DNA of 59,867 nucleotides, filler included. It is 5 parts of 5 records of this genome, joined end to end, with 100 filler letters (N's around TTAATTAATTAA, not from the genome) between each part and the next. Parts side by side here need not be neighbours in the genome. Positions count along the whole stretch, not along the records: positions 1 to 18,200 come from SRR31156797_8832; positions 18,301 to 38,029 come from SRR31156797_8854; 3 more parts are not named here. The stretch is one strand, 5' to 3'. A program made the translations under genes and the position numbers. Position 1 is the stretch's first letter, and each line of letters opens with the position of its first letter. Shown piece after piece: positions 9,463 through 18,334 of this stretch. Below the pieces are notes generated by a model. That model was not told where the DNA came from. It worked only from the letters and a program-made list of their open reading frames with translations, and did no database searches.

Positions 9463-11409
9463 ATGAAAAGAATCTTTTTATTACAAATCTTATGTTTGTT
9501 CGCAGTCTTTCTTTCTGCACAAAAACACATACTTACAAGTCCGGATAACAAACTTTCTTTATCTGTAAACCTGGATGCAGGAAAAATCTCTTATTCCGTT
9601 AATTATGACGGAGCCATTATGTTGGAAGAATCTCCTTTGGGTGTCGTTACCAGCGTTGGTGATTTTTCACAGAATCTAAAAGAAGCTGGAACTTCAGAAA
9701 ATGAAATAAACGAACAGTATACATTGGATCGTATCAAAACATCTTATATTAACTATCGTGCTAATGAATTGGTTGTATCTTATTTAAACGATAAGGATCA
9801 AAAAATAGATTTGGAAGTTCGTGTTAGTAACAACGATATTGCTATCCGATACCAGTTTTTTCAATATGAATATGCCTCAAATTGCACCATAGAGAAGGAA
9901 TTGACTGGTTTTAATTTTCCAAAGCAAACCACAACCTTTTTAACACCGCAAGCTACACCGGGTATTGGTTGGAAAAAAACAAAGCCTAGTTATGAGGAAG
10001 AATATGTGCAGGATGAAGTTTTAGGCGAACCTTCAAAATATGGTTTGGGATATACTTTCCCTTCCTTGTTTCATATTGGTGATGATGGATGGGTGTTAGT
10101 ATCGGAAACAGGAGTAAGTAGTGCTTATTGTAGCTCACATTTAAGTGAAGGAACAAAGGATGGTTTGTATAGTATTGCATTTCCCCATCCTGAAGAAAAC
10201 AGAGGTATTGGAAAAGTTCAACCTAGTATTGCACTTCCGGGATATACACCTTGGAGAACCATTACGGTTGCAGATAATTTAAAGCCTATTGTAGAAACAA
10301 CAGTTCCTTTCGATGTCGTTAAGCCACTTTTTGAAGCATCACAAACTTATAAGTTTGGCCGATCTACCTGGAGTTGGATCATGTGGCAGGATAATAGTAT
10401 GAATTATGCTGATCAGGTCGCTTATATTAATTTAGCTGCAGAATTAGGCTATGAATATATCCTTATGGATGCCTTATGGGATACTCAAGTTGGTTACGAC
10501 CGTGTTCCGGAATTAATCAAATATGCCCATTCAAAAGGAGTGGATGTATTTATGTGGTATAATTCCAATGGTTTATGGAATGATGCACCACAAGGGCCAA
10601 GACATAGAATGAATACTTCTATAGCACGTAAGGAAGAGATGAAATGGCTGCAAAGTTTGGGAGTAAAAGGTTTAAAAGTAGACTTCTTTGGAGGAGATAA
10701 ACAAACAACGATGCAACTATATGAAGATATTCTTTCTGATGCCAATGAATATGGACTCATGATTATTTTTCATGGTTGTACATTGCCTCGAGGTTGGGAG
10801 AGAATGTATCCAAACTATGTGGGAAGCGAGGCTGTGTTAGCTTCCGAAAATTTAATTTTTCAACAACATGCAAATGATATGGAGGCCATAAACGCTTGTT
10901 TACATCCATTTATCAGAAATGCTGTTGGCTGTATGGAATTTGGTCCGGTATTACTTAATAAACGTCATAACAGAACAAATGATGGAGGCAATTACCGCAA
11001 AACAAGTGATGTGTTCCAGTTAGCTACAGCTGTGTTATTTCAAAATCCGGTTCAGGTATTTGCCATTGCACCTAATAATTTACACGATGTGCCTGCATTT
11101 GAAATAGATTTTATGAAAAAGGTGCCAACAACCTGGGACGAAACAGTTTTTATTGATGGATACCCTGGTAAATATTGTGTTTTGGCACGTCGTCATGGAA
11201 CCGACTGGTTTATTGTTGGAGCTAATGCTCAAAAAGAAGCAATAAAATTGAATGTTTCATTACCTATGCTAGCGGGTAAACAAGTGAAAAAATACGCAGA
11301 TAAAAAAGATTTGACTTCTTATTTGCAGACTGTAAAGTTAAATAGTAATGGCAAAGTGGAGTTGACCATTCAACCTAATGGAGCTGTTATTTTTACAAAT
11401 CAAAAATAA
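9463..11409 (+). CDS. Glycoside hydrolase family 97
   Basis: SPDNKL N-terminus, TPWRTI, ILMDALWD, GLKVDFF, IFHGCTLPRGWERMYPN, VPTTWDET; TATATTTG promoter element at 9404-9411. Confidence 0.9.
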   Translation: MKRIFLLQILCLFAVFLSAQKHILTSPDNKLSLSVNLDAGKISYSVNYDGAIMLEESPLGVVTSVGDFSQNLKEAGTSENEINEQYTLDRIKTSYINYRANELVVSYLNDKDQKIDLEVRVSNNDIAIRYQFFQYEYASNCTIEKELTGFNFPKQTTTFLTPQATPGIGWKKTKPSYEEEYVQDEVLGEPSKYGLGYTFPSLFHIGDDGWVLVSETGVSSAYCSSHLSEGTKDGLYSIAFPHPEENRGIGKVQPSIALPGYTPWRTITVADNLKPIVETTVPFDVVKPLFEASQTYKFGRSTWSWIMWQDNSMNYADQVAYINLAAELGYEYILMDALWDTQVGYDRVPELIKYAHSKGVDVFMWYNSNGLWNDAPQGPRHRMNTSIARKEEMKWLQSLGVKGLKVDFFGGDKQTTMQLYEDILSDANEYGLMIIFHGCTLPRGWERMYPNYVGSEAVLASENLIFQQHANDMEAINACLHPFIRNAVGCMEFGPVLLNKRHNRTNDGGNYRKTSDVFQLATAVLFQNPVQVFAIAPNNLHDVPAFEIDFMKKVPTTWDETVFIDGYPGKYCVLARRHGTDWFIVGANAQKEAIKLNVSLPMLAGKQVKKYADKKDLTSYLQTVKLNSNGKVELTIQPNGAVIFTNQK

Positions 11410-11431
11410 GTTGTAGATCATTAATATATTT

Positions 11432-11464
11432 AGAGGTTGTTCCCTTGGGAATAGCCTCTTTTTT
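11432..11464. terminator. Terminator between convergent genes
   Basis: AGAGGTTGTTCC-cttg-GGAATAGCCTCT followed by a T run. Confidence 0.75.
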
Positions 11465-13454
11465 ATTTAGGTAAGGTAAAATAGAATGTTGATCCTTCTC
11501 CTGGAGTACTCTCTACTCCAATGTTACCATTGTGCTTTTCAACAAATTCTTTACAAATTAATAAACCAAGACCGGAACCTTTTTCACTATTGGTTCCTAC
11601 GGTTGTAACGTTTGTTGATAATGTGAATAATTTTGATATTTGTTCTTCATTCATTCCCACACCCGTGTCGGATACAGAAATTTTGATGCCTCCAACATGA
11701 TTAATGTTTTCAGCATTGATGTAAATACGACCTTTTTGCGGCGTAAATTTAATGGCATTGGATAATAAGTTGCGAACAATAGTAAGTAGCATGTTTTTGT
11801 CGGCATACACCGAAATCTCTTTTTGAAGATCCTTTTGAACTTCAATGTCTTTCTTTGTATACAGTTCTTCTAATATAAAACAAGACTCTTTTATTACCTC
11901 ATTAATGGTAAAAGTACTTGGCGAGAATTTAATTTTATTACCCTGAGATTTAGACCATATGAGTAGGTTTTCGAGTAAGTCATGACTGCTTACTAACCCA
12001 TGCTTAATCATTTGGATATATCTCATTTTATCTTTCTCGCTATGCTCTTCATAATCATTAATCAGAATTTCAGATAATCCGATAAGCGCATTAAAAGGAG
12101 ATTTTAAATCGTGGGCAATGATAGAAAAGAATTTGTCTTTCGTAGCAATGGCCTCTTTAAGTTCTTCGTTGAGCTCATTTAAGTTCTCAGTTCTTTTATT
12201 TACTTCCTCTTCAAGCAAGGTATTCTGATGCTTAATGATTTTCTCATTTTCTTTCAGGCTATCCATTAATTTTACCTGTACATCTAATTTTTCCTTTTCT
12301 TCTCTACTTTTTTCCCATTCTGTTCTTTTTGATAATAAGAAGAATAAGATGAGTGCTTCAATCATTGTGGCCAGTGCCACATGACTCATTCCAAACAGGT
12401 AACCCGGCTTTCCTGTTTGGATGTAAATAGCCTCGGTAAGTACTAATAAAAAATAAATAATGTAAGCACTGGAAAAATAATAACCCATTTTATTTCCTTT
12501 TTTACCAGTGACAAACCCAAGATATCCCATGATAAAAAAGGATAACAAAGCATGCATGGTATTAATAGACAACGCAGCTTCCAGTGGCAGAGTGAATCGG
12601 ATAAAAATATAAAGAAAGAAATACACAATTATATACCTTACAACTTTATAATGATTAGGTACGTATTTGTATACTTCCAAAAAATAAACACAATAAATGG
12701 TTTGAACTGCAACACCAATAGTGGGAACGGTTAAATACCAAAACATCAGATCTATATTCGGGATGAGGTAGAGGATAATACCATCCAATACAATTAAGGC
12801 ATAGCAACTGTATATAAAAACAACGATGGCATAAAATAGGTAAATGCGATTTTTTAATGAAAAGAAAAAGAATAGATTAGTGATGATTACAAATAGCATA
12901 ATTCCCATGTAAATACCATAGGTTAGCCGCTGTTTGTAGTTTTTTATATCATACGCTGATTCTTTATAAATGACTACGGGTAGTGGGTGAGTATTGGATA
13001 GGAGCCTTACGTAATAATTTCTTTTTCCGGGAGGTAGGTTAAATGCCTGAAAGTGATGAGCCTTTTCTCTTTCTTTAACGGGAATGTTGTAGCCGGCAAT
13101 TTGTTTTACTACTTGCCCAGAGTCATTTTTATAATATAATTCGCAAATAGGTAAACAAGCATGGGCAATTTCTAATATTAGCTTTTCCTGAGTTGGGTTA
13201 TCAAATGTAAAGTTTAGCCAATAAATAGATTTTGTGAATCCAAAGTTTAAAATATCACTATCTGATTGTTTAAATTGAGAAAGGAATTCAGGTGAACTGA
13301 TTTCTTTGTAATTAAGTTTACCTTTTTTGTCTTCTAAATATTTTAGTTTTTTGGCAATACTTATTTTTTCCAGATCCGAGAGCCAGTTGATTTCCTCAGC
13401 ATAAATAAAAGGAAATATAAAGAAAGACAATATCAGAATACCATAGAATCTCAT
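11463..13454 (-). CDS. 7TMR-DISM sensor histidine kinase
   Basis: Periplasmic DISMED2-like domain (LNFGFTKSIYW), seven TM helices, HisKA (KDKFFSIIAHDLKSP), HATPase (NLLSNAIKFT, DTGVG, GSGLGL). Confidence 0.88.
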   Translation of the reverse strand: MRFYGILILSFFIFPFIYAEEINWLSDLEKISIAKKLKYLEDKKGKLNYKEISSPEFLSQFKQSDSDILNFGFTKSIYWLNFTFDNPTQEKLILEIAHACLPICELYYKNDSGQVVKQIAGYNIPVKEREKAHHFQAFNLPPGKRNYYVRLLSNTHPLPVVIYKESAYDIKNYKQRLTYGIYMGIMLFVIITNLFFFFSLKNRIYLFYAIVVFIYSCYALIVLDGIILYLIPNIDLMFWYLTVPTIGVAVQTIYCVYFLEVYKYVPNHYKVVRYIIVYFFLYIFIRFTLPLEAALSINTMHALLSFFIMGYLGFVTGKKGNKMGYYFSSAYIIYFLLVLTEAIYIQTGKPGYLFGMSHVALATMIEALILFFLLSKRTEWEKSREEKEKLDVQVKLMDSLKENEKIIKHQNTLLEEEVNKRTENLNELNEELKEAIATKDKFFSIIAHDLKSPFNALIGLSEILINDYEEHSEKDKMRYIQMIKHGLVSSHDLLENLLIWSKSQGNKIKFSPSTFTINEVIKESCFILEELYTKKDIEVQKDLQKEISVYADKNMLLTIVRNLLSNAIKFTPQKGRIYINAENINHVGGIKISVSDTGVGMNEEQISKLFTLSTNVTTVGTNSEKGSGLGLLICKEFVEKHNGNIGVESTPGEGSTFYFTLPK

Positions 13455-13684
13455 ACGAAAACTATAAGGCCTTTCTAAGATACAAAGCTCATTTGAAAGA
13501 AGGCACTAAAAATCCTGATTATTTTTTGATTTCATAAAAAAATAGGGGAATACCCTTAAAAGAAAACGTGTACTTACTTTCAATCATGTATTTCTAAATA
13601 TATTGGGTGTTTAACTAAACTTTATATCATACTCGTTTCATATATTTATGCCTTATTTTAGTTTAAAACTGGCATTTATTAACT

Positions 13685-14560
13685 ATGGATTTATTAATTA
13701 TAGGTGTAGTCTTTATTATGGGATTACTTTGGTTCTCAAGAAAGAAAAAACATTCAAAATGGATTCTCCCTAATGGAGATTTTCCATTAAACTGGCGATT
13801 GATTTTAACAACAAAAGTTAATTATTACAAGCAGTTAAATGCAGAAGAAAAGAAGGCTTTCGAGTATCGGGTTCATGAATTTTTATTGAATTGTAAAATA
13901 ACAGGAGTTGAAGTTGAGGTTGATATCGAAGATAAAATACTAGTGGCTTCGAGCGCTATTATTCCTATTTTTAGATTTAGCGATTGGAGATATGTAAACC
14001 TAAATGAAGTATTGCTTTATCCCGATATGTTTAATGAAAAGCTGGAAACTAGCGGAGAAGACCGACGAATTATGGGCATGGTGGGTTCCGGTTATATGGA
14101 AGGTAAAATGATATTATCTAAAAAAGCTTTGCACTATGGTTTTTCTAATAGTTCAGATAAAAAGAATACAGCTATTCATGAGTTTGTGCATTTGATTGAT
14201 AAGCTGGATGGAGCAACAGATGGTGTTCCTTCATTGCTAATGGACAATCAATATGCGTTACCATGGCTTGATTTAATTAATGCAAAAATTGAAGAAATAT
14301 ACCATCAGCAATCCGACATTAATCCATATGGAGGTACAAATAAGCAAGAGTTTTTTGCTGTCGCCAGCGAGTACTTCTTTGAACGACCAAAGTTGTTAAA
14401 ACAAAAACATCCTGAATTATACAACATGTTGGAAGAGATATTCAAACAGGATTTATCAAAAACAGATTTATCCGGGAAATCAATAAAATCAGGAAGAAAT
14501 AGTCCTTGCCCATGCGGAAGTGGATTGAAGTTTAAAAAATGTTGTGGAAAGGCAGCTTAA
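13685..14560 (+). CDS. MtfA / peptidase M90 family zinc protein with C-terminal SEC-C motif
   Basis: EVLLYPD.F, NTAIHEFVHLID, YGGTNKQEFFAVASEYFFERP; C-terminal GRNSPCPCGSGLKFKKCC. Confidence 0.85.
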   Translation: MDLLIIGVVFIMGLLWFSRKKKHSKWILPNGDFPLNWRLILTTKVNYYKQLNAEEKKAFEYRVHEFLLNCKITGVEVEVDIEDKILVASSAIIPIFRFSDWRYVNLNEVLLYPDMFNEKLETSGEDRRIMGMVGSGYMEGKMILSKKALHYGFSNSSDKKNTAIHEFVHLIDKLDGATDGVPSLLMDNQYALPWLDLINAKIEEIYHQQSDINPYGGTNKQEFFAVASEYFFERPKLLKQKHPELYNMLEEIFKQDLSKTDLSGKSIKSGRNSPCPCGSGLKFKKCCGKAA

Positions 14561-14860
14561 TAATGGGGCGTTTTTGTATAACTATACTAACGATTGATAA
14601 TGTTAATATCTCACATTTGTGTCCACATTGGTTTTAATTGAGAGGTCTGGTTTAGTAGCTTTACCAGATTTGTGCAATTAAATGACGAGTTTCTATACCG
14701 TAAAAATAATATATCTGAATTATTTTTGAGATGTTTATAGAAATAAATATGGGGAGTAATTAATCAATTAACAAAATCAGCGAGGTACACATTCGAACAG
14801 AAATCAGAATTTCTCTGTTTATAAACTGAATAGCCTATTGTATCTCAGAAATTGAAAAAT

Positions 14861-17800
14861 ATGAAAAAAACATTTACTTTTTTAATTGCGTTTTTATGTT
14901 TGTATACCTACACTACATGGGCGCAAACAGATCCGGGAACAGATAATTTAATGCACCAATGGACTTTTGATAATGCTAATGCAAGTGATTTAGTCGGATC
15001 AGCCAATGGAACGTTAGTCGGTGCGGCGTCTTTTACAAATAGAGCTTTAAATACTTCTGATGGAGGATATATATCTTTTCCTGGCGCAACGATTGCTTTG
15101 AATACCTATGATGCTATCACAACCGAAATATGGTTTACTTCTTCATCAGGAGCAAACGGAGGAAATACCATGTTAAGTTATTTTGGGGATGCTGATGTAG
15201 GCGGTTCTCTGGGAGCCAATTACCTTTTTAGCTCTCCGTCAAACGGCGGTAATTGCAGAGTGGCTGTTTCTACAGGAAATACAAGCGAACCATGGACTGT
15301 GGAAGCAGGAATCAATAGTTCTGCAGGAGCAATTGATGATGGAGAACTTCATCATATGGTTTCTGTTATTCAATCTACCGGAATTAAAATTTACATTGAT
15401 GGTGTTAATACCGCAACGATTACTTCTTTAAGTTCAAACTCAATTTCTGCTATTAGCGATGCCAATGCTTTTTTATGTAAAAGTGGATATAGTTCTGATC
15501 CTACATGGAAAGGAGAGGTACATAAATACAGTATTTACAACAAAGCATTAAGCGCTGATGAGGTACAATTTATTTTTGAGGAAGGGGCAGAAGAATCATC
15601 TTTTATAAGTTCTTCGGAAATATCTTTAGCATTTGATGAAATTATCACAGCATCTACAGTTGAAGTAAGTGCAAGTAATTTAAGTGAAGCAATAACTATT
15701 TCAGCACCCGAAGGGATTACTGTTTCTCCGGAGATCTTAGCTTCTGATGCATCAGCCGAAACGGTGAGTGTGAGTTATGACGGATCAACAACTGTTGACG
15801 GACTTATTACTTTTACAAGTGGTACAGTAACTTTGGAAATGCCAGTTAAAGCATCTCCAAATAGTGAATGTTTTACGCCATTGTACGATGGAATAGAGAA
15901 TTTAATTCCTAATCCATATATGAATTCGATTAATGGAAGTTGGGGTAATGTAAGTGTGTATAGTGGTGCTGATGTTTATTGTGGAAGTCAGTGTGTTAAA
16001 ATTACAGGTACAGGATCTTGTTATCCGGATGGAGGTTCAATAGCTTCTGATGCGATTACCTGGCTGCCAAATACGACTTATCGTTTTCATGCCATGGTTA
16101 AAACAATGGACGGAAGTTTTAATATGGGTGTTCAAAATGCAAATGTAAATGGAGGAAGTGGGGATTATGATATCGCAGTACCAGATACTAAAGGTAAATG
16201 GGCAGAATTTGATGCAACCTTTACTACAGGTAGTAGTCCATCATCCGGTTCTGCATATTTTAATAACTGTGGATTAGCTTCAGGGCTTGTTGCATACATC
16301 GATAATTGGGAACTATATGCCGTTCCTGGTATTTCAGTAACAGAGACGGAATTATATTTAGATGAGTATAGTACAACTACATCATTTAAAGTTTCAGGAG
16401 TTGCGCTGTCTGAAGTTATTACAATAAGTTCACCGGAGGGTATTACTATTGATCCAGCTACAGTTGAGTCAGATGCTTCTTTAGTAACAGTAAATGTATC
16501 TTATGACGGTTCTACGGATGTTGATGGACTTATTACGCTTACAAGTGGAACATATGAAAGTAACATCACCGTAAAGGCCTATTCAAATGAAGAGTGTTTT
16601 ACTCCATTATATATAGATAAAACAAACCTCATAGTTGATCCTTACCTAAGTAGTGTAAGTGGTTTTGTAGGTTTAGGTAAAAGCTTAAATAGCGATCCTG
16701 ATTATTCCTATTGTGGTGTAAATAGTGCAAAGGTTTCAAATGGTGGTTCTATTAGAAATAACCTGACAGGAGTTATGAAACCTAATACAACTTACCAGGT
16801 GAAGGCAAAAGTTTACAGGAAAAATCCGGGTAATGTAACATACAACCTGGCTGTTGATCCTGTAGCTAATCCTACAGAGTATGAGCTCATAAAAACAGCT
16901 ATGGATAGTGCTTGTTATTATTTTAATAAGTACACTCCGTTTAGTGCTAATATTTATGTGTACTATAATTCAGGTATTCCAACAGCACAGGCTAGTTATT
17001 ATGGAAGTATTGGATTTGGATCGAATCAACGTTATATGTGGGTAGGTACAGCTATGCATGAGATGGATCATTACTTCGGTTCAGGAACGTCCAATGAATG
17101 GTGGGCATTAATGACGGATGGCACATGGGATGGTTCATCAGCGAATGCTTTAGGTCAGGAAATTTCTAGTTCTGTTATTTATGGAGATAGCCAACATTTC
17201 TGGCCTCATGGCATTAACCAAAAAGAAGAAATTACCGGATTAGGTGGTCAGGCAGCACAAGAACAAGGTTTAATAAATTCAGTTAAAATAGCCAAAGCCA
17301 TGTTGGTTGATGATAGTGGCCTAGTTGCTGATTTTTCTCCAGTAGGCGTTGGTGTTTATGGATGGAGTGGAACAGAAACTGACATTTATTACGAAGTTGA
17401 TGAAACAGAGGAATGGCAGGATATTGATTTTACGTTCACAACAGGTGAAACATTAGGAAGTAGTCAAGGAGTTTATTTTGGTAATGGAATAGGATATATT
17501 GACAACTGGGAAATGTACGAAATCTCAAGTACCACTAGTGTTGGTGAGGAAAATGCCATTGAGGTGCAAGATATTTATCTTGTAGAAGATCATTTAATGG
17601 CCGAATTTTATTTGTTACAACCAACTCAAGTTGATATTGCGGTTTATGATATACAAGGTAAAATGTTGTTACAAAAAACTGCAGATTATTCAGTTGGAAG
17701 CTATAATGTAGAAATCAATGTTTCTGATTTGTCCAAGGGAATTTATATAGTAAAAATGACTTCAAAAGATTTTAATGTAAGCAAGAAGGTTTTTAAATAA
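14861..17800 (+). CDS. T9SS-secreted LamG + tandem Ig/CBM-like repeat protein with HEXXH metallopeptidase domain
   Basis: ATG at 14861 preferred over TTG at 14852; LamG-like (HQWTFD, IDDGELHHMV, IYIDG, IYNKALSADEV); duplicated module; MHEMDH; LSKGIYIVKM...SKKVFK CTD. Confidence 0.75.
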   Translation: MKKTFTFLIAFLCLYTYTTWAQTDPGTDNLMHQWTFDNANASDLVGSANGTLVGAASFTNRALNTSDGGYISFPGATIALNTYDAITTEIWFTSSSGANGGNTMLSYFGDADVGGSLGANYLFSSPSNGGNCRVAVSTGNTSEPWTVEAGINSSAGAIDDGELHHMVSVIQSTGIKIYIDGVNTATITSLSSNSISAISDANAFLCKSGYSSDPTWKGEVHKYSIYNKALSADEVQFIFEEGAEESSFISSSEISLAFDEIITASTVEVSASNLSEAITISAPEGITVSPEILASDASAETVSVSYDGSTTVDGLITFTSGTVTLEMPVKASPNSECFTPLYDGIENLIPNPYMNSINGSWGNVSVYSGADVYCGSQCVKITGTGSCYPDGGSIASDAITWLPNTTYRFHAMVKTMDGSFNMGVQNANVNGGSGDYDIAVPDTKGKWAEFDATFTTGSSPSSGSAYFNNCGLASGLVAYIDNWELYAVPGISVTETELYLDEYSTTTSFKVSGVALSEVITISSPEGITIDPATVESDASLVTVNVSYDGSTDVDGLITLTSGTYESNITVKAYSNEECFTPLYIDKTNLIVDPYLSSVSGFVGLGKSLNSDPDYSYCGVNSAKVSNGGSIRNNLTGVMKPNTTYQVKAKVYRKNPGNVTYNLAVDPVANPTEYELIKTAMDSACYYFNKYTPFSANIYVYYNSGIPTAQASYYGSIGFGSNQRYMWVGTAMHEMDHYFGSGTSNEWWALMTDGTWDGSSANALGQEISSSVIYGDSQHFWPHGINQKEEITGLGGQAAQEQGLINSVKIAKAMLVDDSGLVADFSPVGVGVYGWSGTETDIYYEVDETEEWQDIDFTFTTGETLGSSQGVYFGNGIGYIDNWEMYEISSTTSVGEENAIEVQDIYLVEDHLMAEFYLLQPTQVDIAVYDIQGKMLLQKTADYSVGSYNVEINVSDLSKGIYIVKMTSKDFNVSKKVFK

Positions 17801-17817
17801 TTATTGATATTTAGTTT

Positions 17818-17855
17818 AAAAGGGATGTCTTCTTTAGTGGAGACATCCCTTTTTT
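17818..17855. terminator. Bidirectional intrinsic terminator
   Basis: AAAAGGGATGTCT...AGACATCCCTTTTTT. Confidence 0.85.
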
Positions 17856-17924
17856 ATGCAGTTAAACGAATGATGATTTAGAATTAATTTTCCTGAATTT
17901 GAAAAACATTGATTAGGATATTCT

Positions 17925-18200
17925 TTATTTCTTAATAATATTGTAAATATCTGTTCTTCTATCTTTTAGGTTTCTTACACTACCAAACTGATTTAATTCG
18001 CGTAATAAATCAATATCGACATCTACAATCAAAATCATTTCAGTATTTGGAGTTGCCTCAGCTTTTATTCCATTAGTAGGGAATGAAAAATCACAGGGTG
18101 TAAAAACCATAGATTGTGCATATTGGATATCCATATTGTGTACTTTAGGTAAATTTCCTACACTGCCGGCAATGGCCACATAGCATTCATTTTCAATAGC
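17925..18200 (-). CDS. Carbon-nitrogen hydrolase (nitrilase family), C-terminal fragment cut by the contig end
   Basis: AIENECYVAIAGSVGNLPKVHNMDIQYAQS.VFTPCDF.FP...NLKDRRTD.Y, typical of GNAT-nitrilase fusion proteins. Confidence 0.85.
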   Translation of the reverse strand, partial: AIENECYVAIAGSVGNLPKVHNMDIQYAQSMVFTPCDFSFPTNGIKAEATPNTEMILIVDVDIDLLRELNQFGSVRNLKDRRTDIYNIIKK

Positions 18201-18300
18201 NNNNNNNNNNNNNNNNNNNNNNNNNNNNNNNNNNNNNNNNNNNNTTAATTAATTAANNNNNNNNNNNNNNNNNNNNNNNNNNNNNNNNNNNNNNNNNNNN
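18201..18300. other. Artificial contig linker
   Basis: 44 N + TTAATTAATTAA (stops in all six frames) + 44 N. Confidence 0.98.
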
Positions 18301-18301
18301 G

Positions 18302-18331
18302 AAAGGTGGTCAAAATTCGGCCACCTTTTTT
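18302..18331. terminator. Intrinsic terminator
   Basis: AAAGGTGGTC-aaaattc-GGCCACCTTTTTT next to the stop of 18335..19771. Confidence 0.65.
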
Positions 18332-18334
18332 ATT

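Noticed and set aside
13543-13557. TAGGGGAATACCCTT short palindrome between divergent genes
   Set aside because: Single short imperfect copy; too weak to call.
18245-18256. TTAATTAATTAA palindrome repeated four times in the window
   Set aside because: Always centred in identical N runs; an assembly linker, not biology.
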